Source: Patescibacteria group bacterium
GTDB taxonomy: Bacteria; Bacillota; UBA4882; JAAYXC01
Assembly: GCA_050260175.1 (NCBI GenBank)
Contig: JBLNBS010000156.1
Span: forward strand, 6,098-70,097
Length of the DNA stretch: 64,000 nucleotides
Reading direction: 5' to 3'
In this document: positions 1 through 8,292 of the stretch, piece by piece
How positions within the stretch are numbered: position 1 is the first letter of the stretch
How the letters are laid out: each line of letters begins with the position of its first letter
Made by a program: the position numbers and the translations under genes
The notes under the pieces: generated by a model
Database searches by the model: none
What the model was told of the DNA's origin: nothing
Seen by the model: only the letters and a program-made list of their open reading frames with translations

Positions 1-485
1 GGGTTTTCCGCGGCGACAGACTGGTGGGCGAGTTGACCGGACGCGAGACACAGGCGTTCGGCCTGCTAACGGCCAGGGCGGACAATGCGGTGCTGCGCGT
101 GCCCATGGGGCGCGATGGTCAGATGATCGTTTGCTTCATCAAGGCAAGGACCAGTGTGAGGATCGCGCCCGGCAACCGCCCCCGTTTCCTGACCACTGTG
201 CATGCCCACGGCTTCATGTCGGAGATGAGCGTGCCCCGTTCACCTTTGCCTCCCGCGCGCCTCAGGGGCATCACCCAAGCCGCCGCCCGCACGCTCGGAA
301 AGGATCTTCGCCACGTGGTACGCCGCCTCCAGCAGCTGAACGCCGATATCCTGGGTTACGGGGAGCTGCTCCGCGCGAAGCGGCCCGATCTCTGGCGGCG
401 GATCGACTGGCAAAAGGAATTCCCGCGAACGAAGATCCGGGTCCGGGTCGATTTCGAGATCGGGCGGACCGGGAGACATCGATGA
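1..485 (+). CDS. Spore germination protein, Ger(x)C family lipoprotein, C-terminal part (5' end outside window)
   Basis: Frame 3 is open from the window edge (VFRGDRLVGELTGRETQAFGLL...). The C-terminal pattern ...LNADILGYGELLRAKRPDLWRRIDWQKEFPRTKIRVRVDFEIGRTG matches the Ger(x)C C-terminal domain as I recall it. Confidence 0.7.
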   Translation, partial: VFRGDRLVGELTGRETQAFGLLTARADNAVLRVPMGRDGQMIVCFIKARTSVRIAPGNRPRFLTTVHAHGFMSEMSVPRSPLPPARLRGITQAAARTLGKDLRHVVRRLQQLNADILGYGELLRAKRPDLWRRIDWQKEFPRTKIRVRVDFEIGRTGRHR

Positions 486-674
486 ATCGAATGGCCGGAT
501 GCGAAGCCTGCTGCGCCTTTGGCGCGTGAGGTCGACCAAGGTCGCAGGCAACCAAGGTACCTTTAAATCCGGGAAGAATGCCCGAGTCCCGCCGGGTCAA
601 AGACACTGGTCCGCCGGCCGCCCTTCCGCTGTACTCTTGTAACAAAGAAGAGAGTGAGAGGAGCGCCTGACGGG

Positions 675-1256
675 ATGCCCGCACCAGAACCCAAGCCGGA
701 ATCCACCCAACTGACCTTCGTCGGCGCCGGCAGACAGGGGAGCGTCTACCGCCTCGACGCCGGCCGGTGCATCAAGTATTACGCGCGCCGCAAGTTCCTC
801 CGCCGCGAGCTGGCCGCTCTGCAGCAGGCGGGCGGAGATCCCCTCCTCCCCCGCGTCCTGGCTTTTGGCGACGACTTTATCATCAGGGAGTACCTGGAGG
901 GGACGCCGCTCGACCGATACCTCTCCCTCGAGGGGCGCGGACTGACCCAGGCCCTGGCCGTCAAGCTCCTGCGGGTCTATGAAACCCTGGTCAGATTGGG
1001 CTATCGCCGCGCGGACCTGAGGCTCGCCCATGTCATCCTCACGCCCGCCGGCGATCTCCGGGTTATCGATCCCACCAACATGATGAAGGAAGACCGCAGG
1101 TTTCCCAAAAAGCTCCTCCACGACCTGGCGAGGCTCGGCGGGCTGGAAGTCTTCATGGCCGTCCTGGCGCGCCACCGGCCGGATCTCCTGCAATCCTGGC
1201 GTAAACGCCTGTCATACGCACCGGGGGGAGAGACAGCCCCAGAGATGGGAGCTTGA
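675..1256 (+). CDS. Small protein-kinase-fold protein (RIO/Kdo/Bud32-like), function unknown
   Basis: About 190 aa. G-rich loop VGAGRQGSVY, a conserved-looking K in CIKYY, a catalytic-loop-like ADLRLAHVILTPAGDLRVIDPTN. ATG at 675 is preceded by GAGAGGAG. Confidence 0.45.
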   Translation: MPAPEPKPESTQLTFVGAGRQGSVYRLDAGRCIKYYARRKFLRRELAALQQAGGDPLLPRVLAFGDDFIIREYLEGTPLDRYLSLEGRGLTQALAVKLLRVYETLVRLGYRRADLRLAHVILTPAGDLRVIDPTNMMKEDRRFPKKLLHDLARLGGLEVFMAVLARHRPDLLQSWRKRLSYAPGGETAPEMGA

Positions 1257-1345
1257 AGCTCGAATCCGCGGCCATCGTTCACATCAGGTTCGTCCAAAGG
1301 TGTCGCGGATTCGGGGGATAATAGCCCCGGAGGTGGCGATGCGAG

Positions 1346-2215
1346 GTGGGCGAAAGCGACGAGATGATATCCAGCAGGATCAAAACCCGCCTGGATGAGG
1401 CCGGGCTGGGGCGGTACGGCTTGCGGGTGAGGTGTGTCGAGGGCCTCGTGACCCTGCAGGGGATCGTGGATGTCTTGGCGGACAAGCAGGCTGCAGGACG
1501 GGTGGCCAGGGAGATCGCGGGGGCCGGACGCGTGGAGAATGCCATCACGGTTTGCACGGACGGCCGCGTGACTGACGGAGACGTGGCCATGGAGGTCGCC
1601 CAGGAATTGGCGGCGGGTCCCGCGCGGGGCATCGGCGTTGAAGTGAGCGGCGGCCGGGTAAAGCTGGTCGGGCAGGTGGCCACGGCGGGCGAGGCGGCCT
1701 TGGCGATCAGGACGGCCAGCAAGGCGCGGGGCGTGCGCGAGGTCCAGAGCGGCCTGGCGATGACTTCCGAGGCACTCATGGACGATCCGAGTCTCGTCAA
1801 CCTTGTCGAAACGGCCCTGGCGGATCTCCTGGGACCGCCGGCCCGGCGGATCATGGTCTCGGCCAGGAAAGGCGCGGTAACCCTCGCCGGCAGGGTGGCC
1901 GACGGACAGACGGCCGAAAAGGCCGCACGCGTCGTCATGTCGATCCCCGGCGTCAGGAAAGTGGAGAACAGACTGCTGCCCCATATCGAGCCGCACGATC
2001 TGGTCATCCGCGAGCTGCAGGAGCGCATCGGGGCCAATCCCTTCCTGAACGGGGCGCCGCTGCGCTTCACCGTGCGCGATGGCCGCCTGGTGGTCGAGGG
2101 GGAGGTTCCGGATCTCAAGGCCAAACGCGCTTTGGAACAGGCCATCCGCGACGTATGGTCGGAACGCCGCGACATCCTGCGCGGCCTGGACAACCGGGTG
2201 CGCGTCTCCCGGTGA
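1346..2215 (+). CDS. BON-domain protein (OsmY-like, several BON repeats)
   Basis: Repeated units of the type V..G.VTL.G.V......A...A..I.GV..V.N.I (VEGLVTLQGIVDV, GGRVKLVGQVAT, KGAVTLAGRVAD, DGRLVVEGEVPD). The start could instead be ATG 1364. Confidence 0.75.
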   Translation: MGESDEMISSRIKTRLDEAGLGRYGLRVRCVEGLVTLQGIVDVLADKQAAGRVAREIAGAGRVENAITVCTDGRVTDGDVAMEVAQELAAGPARGIGVEVSGGRVKLVGQVATAGEAALAIRTASKARGVREVQSGLAMTSEALMDDPSLVNLVETALADLLGPPARRIMVSARKGAVTLAGRVADGQTAEKAARVVMSIPGVRKVENRLLPHIEPHDLVIRELQERIGANPFLNGAPLRFTVRDGRLVVEGEVPDLKAKRALEQAIRDVWSERRDILRGLDNRVRVSR

Positions 2216-2360
2216 TCCGGAACAGGATTATTCCGTTCAAAGGCGAAAGGGTGACAAGGTGAGGGCGGGTTCTCCGGTGATTCCCAGCAGGATGCTCCTC
2301 CTGATCGTCGAAGCCACAGTTAGAAGCCATTTGCATGACTGCCAGAAGGAGGTAGGACCG

Positions 2361-2984
2361 ATGCATCGTTTCCTGACCCGTACTCTCCCTCTCGTGACTC
2401 TCCTGCCGGCCGTGCTTCTGCTGGCCTGTGCCCCGGCCGCCCTGGGCGCGGGCCGCTTTGGCGCCACCGACGTGATGGACGTGCCGACCAGCGGCATCCT
2501 GAACGACGGCGCTTTCGGACTGTATGCCAACGCCGAGGACGGCCTGACCGTGCTGGGGATGGATTTTGGCCTCCTCCCCAACCTCGAAGCGGGCTTGCAG
2601 GCCCTGCTCTCGGGCGGTTGGACCAGCGCCGGCCTGCGTCTCAAGTACCACCTGCTCTCCGAGAAGAGGGACGGGTTCGGCCTGGCCGTCGGGCTCCAGG
2701 ATATCGGCCAGACGTTTACCACGCCGTACATCGTCGCCGGCAAGACCCTGGGCCGTGGTTTCCAAGGCTACCTCGGCATCGGCGGCGGCTGGCTCGATGG
2801 GGTCTTTTTCGCCCTGACCAAAAGGCTCGACACCTCGCTGGGAGCCGATCTCTTCCTCGAGTACGACGGCTCGGGAGTGAACGCCGGCGCCCGGCTGCCC
2901 CTCACCCCCGGGCTCAACCTCGACCTGGGCGCGCCCGACCTCGACCATTTAGTCGTGGGCGTTTCGTACGTGAGCAGGTTCTAA
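2361..2984 (+). CDS. Exported beta-rich protein, candidate small outer-membrane barrel
   Basis: RBS AGGAGG lies upstream of ATG 2361. Signal peptide MHRFLTRTLPLVTLLPAVLLLACAPAALGA. Alternating Gly/aromatic beta-like segments. C-terminus ...VGVSYVSRF ends in Phe, as in OM barrel sorting signals. The 2079 start in the ORF track would overlap the BON gene. Confidence 0.5.
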   Translation: MHRFLTRTLPLVTLLPAVLLLACAPAALGAGRFGATDVMDVPTSGILNDGAFGLYANAEDGLTVLGMDFGLLPNLEAGLQALLSGGWTSAGLRLKYHLLSEKRDGFGLAVGLQDIGQTFTTPYIVAGKTLGRGFQGYLGIGGGWLDGVFFALTKRLDTSLGADLFLEYDGSGVNAGARLPLTPGLNLDLGAPDLDHLVVGVSYVSRF

Positions 2985-3006
2985 TCCAGGACCCTCACCC
3001 CTCCGG

Positions 3007-3037
3007 CCCCCTCCCCCGCGCCGAGCGGGGGAGGGGG
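3007..3037 (+). terminator. GC-rich hairpin after the 2361-2984 gene
   Basis: CCCCCTCCCCCG / CGGGGGAGGGGG 12-bp stem with a 7-nt loop, followed by TGTGTGG (weak U-tract). Confidence 0.4.
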
Positions 3038-3146
3038 TGTGTGGCCGGTTTTCCCCTCCCTGCGCCGAAAAAGAGGGAATCGAAGAGGTGAGGGGACACG
3101 CTTTACCCGGACAAGGCAGGATTCCCCGGGCTGGGCAGCGAAAAGG

Positions 3147-4880
3147 ATGGCATCACCAAGACAAAGGGTGAAACGTGTGACCCTCCTCGCCGACTGCGAA
3201 GCTCTGGGAGCGATCCTCGTGCGCCGGGGATCGATCGACGCGGACCAGCTCGAGCGGGCCCTGGCCGAGCAGAAGGAATCCGGCCGCCCGCTCGGCGCCG
3301 TCCTCGTGGAGAGGGGCTATGCCGCGGAGACCGCCGTGGCGCAGGCCCTCGCCGAGCAGCTCGGCCTCGAATACTGCGAGCCCGCCGCGATGGAGATCCC
3401 GTCCGCGGCCCTGGCCGCCCTCACTCCCCGCCTGGCCGAGCGTTTCAAGGTGGTGCCGCTGCGGTTGGAGGAAGGCCGCTTGACCGTGGCGGTCTCCGAT
3501 CCGTTCGACCTGGAGCGGCTCGACCTCCTGCGCGACCTGACGGGCCTGGCGCTCCGCCCGGCCCTGGCCACCGGCCAAGCCATCGAGGACGCCCTCCGGC
3601 GTTATTACAGGGGTGGCGGCGAAACGGTCGCGGCCGTGCTGGAAGGACTCGACGAGACGGACCTCCTCATCCTCCAGAACGAGGAAGGCATCTCGGATCT
3701 GGCCGCGCTCGAGTCCATCGCCAACGAGGCGCCCATCATCCGCCTGGTCAACCTGCTCCTGGTCAACGCGGTCAAGGCCGAGGCCTCCGATGTGCATCTC
3801 GAGCCCTTTGAGGACGAGGTCAAGGTCCGATACCGCATCGACGGCATCCTGTACGAGGTCGACGCCCCGCCCAAACGCCTCTACCCCGCGGTCCTCTCCC
3901 GCATCAAGCTCATGGCGGGCATGGACATCACGGAAAAGCGCCTGCCCCAGGACGGCCGCATCCGCCTGCGCATGGCCGAGCGGGACCTGGACCTCCGTGT
4001 GGCCGTGGCGCCCACCCTCCACGGCGAGAGCGTCGTGCTGCGCATCCTGAACCGCCAGAACATGCTCTTTTCCCTCGAGACGCTGGGGTTTTCCCCCCAT
4101 ACGCTCGCGCAGTTCACCAAGCTCATCGAGCGGCCCCACGGCATGATCCTGGTCACCGGGCCCACCGGCAGCGGCAAGACGACCACCCTCTACGCGGTGC
4201 TCGCCAAGCTCAACATCACGGGCCGCAAGATTATCACCATCGAGGACCCGGTGGAGTACGAGCTCAAAGGCGTCAACCAGATGCAGGTCAACCCCAAGAT
4301 CAACTTCGGCTTTGCCCAGGGTATGAGGACCATCGTCCGCCACGACCCAGACGTCATCCTGGTGGGCGAGATCCGCGACCGCGAGACGGCCGAGGTGGCC
4401 ATCCAGTCCGCGCTCACCGGCCATCTCGTCTTTTCCACCCTGCACACCAACGACGCGGCGGGCGCCTTTACCCGCCTCTTGGACATGGGCATCGAGGAGT
4501 ACCTGGTGGCCTCCACCATCCGCGGCGTCCTGGCCCAGCGCCTGGTCAGGCGCATCTGCCCGGCGTGCCGGACCAGCCGGTCCATCACCGCGGAGGAGTT
4601 GGAGCGCCTGGGCGCGGAGATTCCCCCCGGGCAGACGGTGCATTGGGGCGCGGGATGCCCGCGGTGCAACCGGATCGGCTACCGGGGCCAGGTGGGCCTC
4701 TACGAGCTGCTCCTGACCTCCCCGGAGATCGAGAGTATGGTCATGGCCAGGACCAGCAGCAGCCGCCTGCGGGAGCAGGCCGTCAAGGAGGGGTTGGTGA
4801 CGTTGCGCCAGGACGGCGTGGCCAAGGTCAGGGAAGGCGTCACGAGCGTCGGCGAGGTGCTGCGCGTGACCCAGGAGTGA
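3147..4880 (+). CDS. gspE: Type II secretion / type IV pilus assembly ATPase GspE
   Basis: N-terminal MshEN/T2SSE_N-like domain (LGAILVRRGSIDADQLERALAEQKESGRPLGAVLVERG). Walker A GPTGSGKTT, Walker B ILVGEIRD, His box GHLVFSTLHTNDA. Tetracysteine motif CPAC...CPRC, typical of GspE-class ATPases. Confidence 0.93.
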   Translation: MASPRQRVKRVTLLADCEALGAILVRRGSIDADQLERALAEQKESGRPLGAVLVERGYAAETAVAQALAEQLGLEYCEPAAMEIPSAALAALTPRLAERFKVVPLRLEEGRLTVAVSDPFDLERLDLLRDLTGLALRPALATGQAIEDALRRYYRGGGETVAAVLEGLDETDLLILQNEEGISDLAALESIANEAPIIRLVNLLLVNAVKAEASDVHLEPFEDEVKVRYRIDGILYEVDAPPKRLYPAVLSRIKLMAGMDITEKRLPQDGRIRLRMAERDLDLRVAVAPTLHGESVVLRILNRQNMLFSLETLGFSPHTLAQFTKLIERPHGMILVTGPTGSGKTTTLYAVLAKLNITGRKIITIEDPVEYELKGVNQMQVNPKINFGFAQGMRTIVRHDPDVILVGEIRDRETAEVAIQSALTGHLVFSTLHTNDAAGAFTRLLDMGIEEYLVASTIRGVLAQRLVRRICPACRTSRSITAEELERLGAEIPPGQTVHWGAGCPRCNRIGYRGQVGLYELLLTSPEIESMVMARTSSSRLREQAVKEGLVTLRQDGVAKVREGVTSVGEVLRVTQE

Positions 4881-4890
4881 CCCAGAAGAA

Positions 4891-4980
4891 CCCCCGGGTT
4901 GAAACCCGGGGAAGCTTTGGTACATCCGTGTACGTCGCTTACCCTTTAGCCCATCCTGGGCGGGGGCGGCTTTGGTACAT
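4891..4980 (+). repeat. Copy of modular REP family (modules H+G+partial G)
   Basis: CCCCCGGGTTGAAACCCGGGG hairpin followed by AGCTTTGGTACATCCGTGTACGTCGC...GGGCGGCTTTGGTACAT. Near-identical to the units at 16241, 17127 and 17939. Confidence 0.85.
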
Positions 4981-5019
4981 AGAATCGCATGAAATCGGTA
5001 TGTTGCCTGATCTGCATAA

Positions 5020-5175
5020 TTGCTTTACGTGATTAGAAATGATTTAACAAGATTAACATGATTTCATGATTTACACAGATTATTTGTCTATTAGTTTATC
5101 TTTATTAATGATTTTAATCTTAAATCTTGTTAATCCCATTAATCATGTAAATCATGTGATGTCGTTTCCTGTTTT
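5020..5175 (+). repeat. AT-rich island with phased TAATC/GATTA repeats and a GTTAATCC core
   Basis: ...TTTTAATCTTAAATCTTGTTAATCCCATTAATCATGTAAATCATGTG... in an otherwise GC-rich context. Lies between gspE and gspF. Confidence 0.7.
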
Positions 5176-5259
5176 ATGTGTTTATCAGTCCAAGAACGGT
5201 TTTTCACAGCGCTTCTAGTATGTGTAATACTAGTTTGTACCAGGGGTGGTCTTTGCTCC

Positions 5260-6465
5260 ATGGCGGACTTTACTTACCAGGCGGCGGACGCGGGCGGCCG
5301 CACCACGAGCGGTCGCATCAACGCGCCGTCGCGGCACGAGGCCATGGACGCCCTCCGCGCCAAGGGGCTTATTCCGTTACGTCTGGCCGAAGCCGCGGCC
5401 CGAGAGACGCGGCGCGATTCCGCGGGCAAGCCCAAAAGCCGGGATGTGCTCGCCTTTACCCAGCAGCTGGCGACCCTGGTGGGAGCGGGCCTGCAGCTGG
5501 ACCGGGCGCTCGCGATCATGGCGGGGCTCGCGCGCGGGGACCGGATGGGCGCCACGCTCGCCGCCATCCGCCGCGACGTCCAGGAAGGGGTCGCGTTTTC
5601 CACTGCGCTGGAGCAGCATCCGCGGCTTTTCAGCCGGATCTACGTCAACATGGTGCGCGCCGGCGAGGCGGGCGGCGTGCTGCCCGTCGTCCTGCGGCGG
5701 CTGGCCCAGACCATCGAGGAGGAACGCGAACTCCGTTCCTTCGTTATGGGCGCCCTGCTCTATCCGGCGGTTGTGGCCGCGGTCAGTTTTCTCGCCGCCT
5801 GCGTGCTGCTGCTCGTCGTCGTCCCCTCCTTCGAACGGATTTTTGCCAAGATTAACCAGGATCTCCCCGCCATCACCCGTCTGACCGTGGCGGTCAGCCA
5901 CGGCCTCAAGGCATACGGCCTCTGGATCGCCGGGGGCCTAGCCGCCGCGGCCCTCGCGGCCTGGCGGGCCGTCCGGCAGCCGGCGGGCAGGGCGGTCCTG
6001 GACCGCGTTTACCTGCGTTTTCCTTACTTCGGCGTCCTCTACCTCAAGGTGTTGACCGTAAGGTTGACGCGGACCATGGCCATGCTGGTGGGAGCCGGGG
6101 TCTCCGTGCTGCAGACCTTTGCCGTGGTCAAGGAGACGGTGGGCAACAGTGTCGTGGCCGCCGCCCTGGCCCGCGCCGGGCAGGAGATCAAGGAGGGCGG
6201 CGGCGTCGCCAGGCGGCTCGAGGCCCAGCGCATCCTCCCCCCCCTGGCCGTGCAGATGATCGCCGTGGGCGAGGAGACCGGGGAACTGGCCTCCATGCTC
6301 GACCAGGTCGCCAAGGGCTACGACGCAGAGGTCCGCCTGGCGGTGAGGAACCTCCTTTCCCTGATGGAACCGGTTTTGATCCTCTGCCTGACGGCGATGA
6401 CGCTCCTCATCGCCCTCTCGATCCTTATCCCCCTGGTGAGCATGAATACGGGCGGTGTTTTTTAG
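5260..6465 (+). CDS. gspF: Type II secretion inner-membrane platform protein GspF
   Basis: N-terminus MADFTYQAADAGGRTTSGRINAPSRHEAMDALRAKGLIPLRL is typical of GspF/PilC. Two GspF-type repeats (LATLVGAGLQLDRAL, MLVGAGVSVLQTF). Hydrophobic TM segments. Confidence 0.92.
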   Translation: MADFTYQAADAGGRTTSGRINAPSRHEAMDALRAKGLIPLRLAEAAARETRRDSAGKPKSRDVLAFTQQLATLVGAGLQLDRALAIMAGLARGDRMGATLAAIRRDVQEGVAFSTALEQHPRLFSRIYVNMVRAGEAGGVLPVVLRRLAQTIEEERELRSFVMGALLYPAVVAAVSFLAACVLLLVVVPSFERIFAKINQDLPAITRLTVAVSHGLKAYGLWIAGGLAAAALAAWRAVRQPAGRAVLDRVYLRFPYFGVLYLKVLTVRLTRTMAMLVGAGVSVLQTFAVVKETVGNSVVAAALARAGQEIKEGGGVARRLEAQRILPPLAVQMIAVGEETGELASMLDQVAKGYDAEVRLAVRNLLSLMEPVLILCLTAMTLLIALSILIPLVSMNTGGVF

Positions 6466-6500
6466 TCCGGAACAAATCGGCATAATGGGGTGTGATCGTG

Positions 6501-6938
6501 ATGCGTCGTTCCGAGCGCGGGTTTTCCCTGATCGAGATCACCGCGGTATTGCTCCTCATGGCCGCTTTCGCGGTGATCGTGGCGCCCCAGGTCATCCGGT
6601 CGGTGGAAAAAGGCAGGGTCAACGCGGGCAAGTCGCAGATCCAGAGCCTCAAAAGCGTCCTGAACCAGTACAAGCTGGAAAACGGAGCCTACCCCACAAC
6701 GGAGCAGGGCCTCGACGCCCTCTACGAAAAGCCCACCGTGCCGCCGGTCCCGGAGAACTGGGACGGGCCCTACGTCGAGGACCCGGTCAAGGAGGACCCC
6801 TGGCACCACCCGCTGGTATACAGGTGCCCGGGATTGCACAACAAGAACGGCTACGACCTCATGAGCTACGGCGCTGACGGCGTCGAGGGCGGCACGGGTT
6901 ACGACGCAGACATCACCAACTGGACGCAGACCAGATGA
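6501..6938 (+). CDS. gspG: Major pseudopilin GspG
   Basis: Class III signal MRRSERG|FSLIEITAVLLLMA with Glu at +5. GspG body: QIQSLKSVLNQYKLENGAYPTTEQGLDALYEKP...WDGPYVE...DPWHHPLVYRCPG...YDLMSYGADGVEGGTGYDADITNW. Confidence 0.92.
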   Translation: MRRSERGFSLIEITAVLLLMAAFAVIVAPQVIRSVEKGRVNAGKSQIQSLKSVLNQYKLENGAYPTTEQGLDALYEKPTVPPVPENWDGPYVEDPVKEDPWHHPLVYRCPGLHNKNGYDLMSYGADGVEGGTGYDADITNWTQTR

Positions 6939-7360
6939 AGGTGCATCCCGGCGGTTTCACCCTGCTGGAGGTCACGGCGGTCCTGGTCGTCCTGGCCCTG
7001 TTGACGGTCTTTGCCCTGCCGGGCCTCGTCAGGGGCACGGCAGGAGCGGAGGTGCGGCTCTGCCGCGACCAGCTCCGCCGCGATCTCCGTGCGGCGCGGG
7101 CCGAAGCGGTAGGCAAGATGCGCGAGACGGCCGTGTTTTTCCAGGGCACCGTCTATACCATGGATCTCGGCGGTGAACCACTCGAGCGAAGCCTGCCGGG
7201 AGGGTTCTCCTTCGTGCGGGTGGCCCTGGGGGGAGAGGTGGAGGAGGGGCTGAGGTTTTGGCCGGACGGGCGCAGTAACGGCGCGGCCATCGAGGCGGCG
7301 GCCGGGGGGCGCGTCTGCCGGGTCACGGTGCGGGAGGACGGCAGCCTTGTCTTTGAATAG
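6935..7360 (+). CDS. gspH: Minor pseudopilin, GspH-like
   Basis: Prepilin-type N-terminus GGFTLLEVTAVLVVLALL. Size and operon position after gspG. Start overlaps the gspG stop. Confidence 0.7.
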   Translation: MKVHPGGFTLLEVTAVLVVLALLTVFALPGLVRGTAGAEVRLCRDQLRRDLRAARAEAVGKMRETAVFFQGTVYTMDLGGEPLERSLPGGFSFVRVALGGEVEEGLRFWPDGRSNGAAIEAAAGGRVCRVTVREDGSLVFE

Positions 7361-7706
7361 GGGCACCCGCGGCTTTACCCTGCTCGAGGTGGTGGCGGCC
7401 ATGATGCTGCTCGGCGTGGGCCTCGCCATCCTCTACACCGGCTACATGCAGGCGGCAAACCTCGAGGCCAAAGCGGCCGAGACGGGCACGGCCTATATCC
7501 TGGCCCGGGCAAAGCTGGCCCAGGCGGAGGCGGGCGAGGAGACGGGCGCCGCGGGGCGATGCGAGGGCGCGCCCGGCTTTGCCTGGAAGCTGGAACGCGC
7601 GCCGCTCCCCGGCACAGGGCTGGCGCGCCTGTCGGCCACGGTCTCCTGGCAGGACGCGCGGGAGCGCTCCGTGACGGTCTGGACGCTGGTGAACGATGGC
7701 ACGTAG
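7347..7706 (+). CDS. gspI: Minor pseudopilin, GspI-like
   Basis: RGFTLLEVVAAMMLLGVGLAIL N-terminus, about 119 aa, overlaps both neighbours. Confidence 0.7.
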   Translation: MSLNRGTRGFTLLEVVAAMMLLGVGLAILYTGYMQAANLEAKAAETGTAYILARAKLAQAEAGEETGAAGRCEGAPGFAWKLERAPLPGTGLARLSATVSWQDARERSVTVWTLVNDGT

Positions 7707-8292
7707 AGGGCAAGAAGGCATGACCCTGCTCGAGCTGAACGCCGCGCTCCTCGTCACGAGCCTGGTCGTGCTCACCGTGGCCTCGTCGCTGGGGGCGATC
7801 TCCGGGGCCTGGGACCGGAGCGAGCGCCAGGCGGCGGGCAGGGAGGCCACCAGGGTCCTGGCCCGCCGTCTGGGCAGGGAACTGGGCTCCCTGAGCCGGG
7901 GCCCCTTCGGCTTGGAGCCCGGGTTCAGCGGCGAAGCGGATGGCATGAGTTTTACCGCCGTGGGCGACGAGGGCGCGCGCCGCGTCTCGCTCGCCCTGCG
8001 CGCGGGAAGGATCGTGCTCACGGAGACCCTGCTCCTGCGCGCCGATGATCAAAACGTCAAGGAGATCCCCCTGGCCGACGGGGTGAGGGAGTGGCGGCTC
8101 GCCTATTACGATCCAGCCGCAAAGCAGTGGCGGGACCGCTGGTCCCCGGAGGAGCGGGGGCGCCCCCCCTCGCTCGTGCGGATCGAGGTGTTCCTGACCG
8201 GGGCCGCAAGGACGCGCCGCGCGCCCGTCCTGGTCGTCCCCCTTTACATGGGCGGCATCGCGGCCGCCGGGGAGGCGGATCCCGGTGGCTGA
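7696..8292 (+). CDS. gspJ: Minor pseudopilin, GspJ-like
   Basis: EGMTLLELNAALLVTSLVVL N-terminus, about 198 aa, position between the I-like and K-like genes. Confidence 0.65.
   Translation: MARRGQEGMTLLELNAALLVTSLVVLTVASSLGAISGAWDRSERQAAGREATRVLARRLGRELGSLSRGPFGLEPGFSGEADGMSFTAVGDEGARRVSLALRAGRIVLTETLLLRADDQNVKEIPLADGVREWRLAYYDPAAKQWRDRWSPEERGRPPSLVRIEVFLTGAARTRRAPVLVVPLYMGGIAAAGEADPGG

Noticed and set aside
2079-2360. Upstream extended starts offered by the ORF track: 2079 for the small OMP, and similarly 10687, 11468, 20694, 26678, 31029, 49902, 57557, 25127 and 5176.
   Set aside because: The extensions overlap the preceding gene or a terminator. They lack signal-peptide or family-consistent N-termini. 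An internal start with an RBS gives the expected N-terminus.
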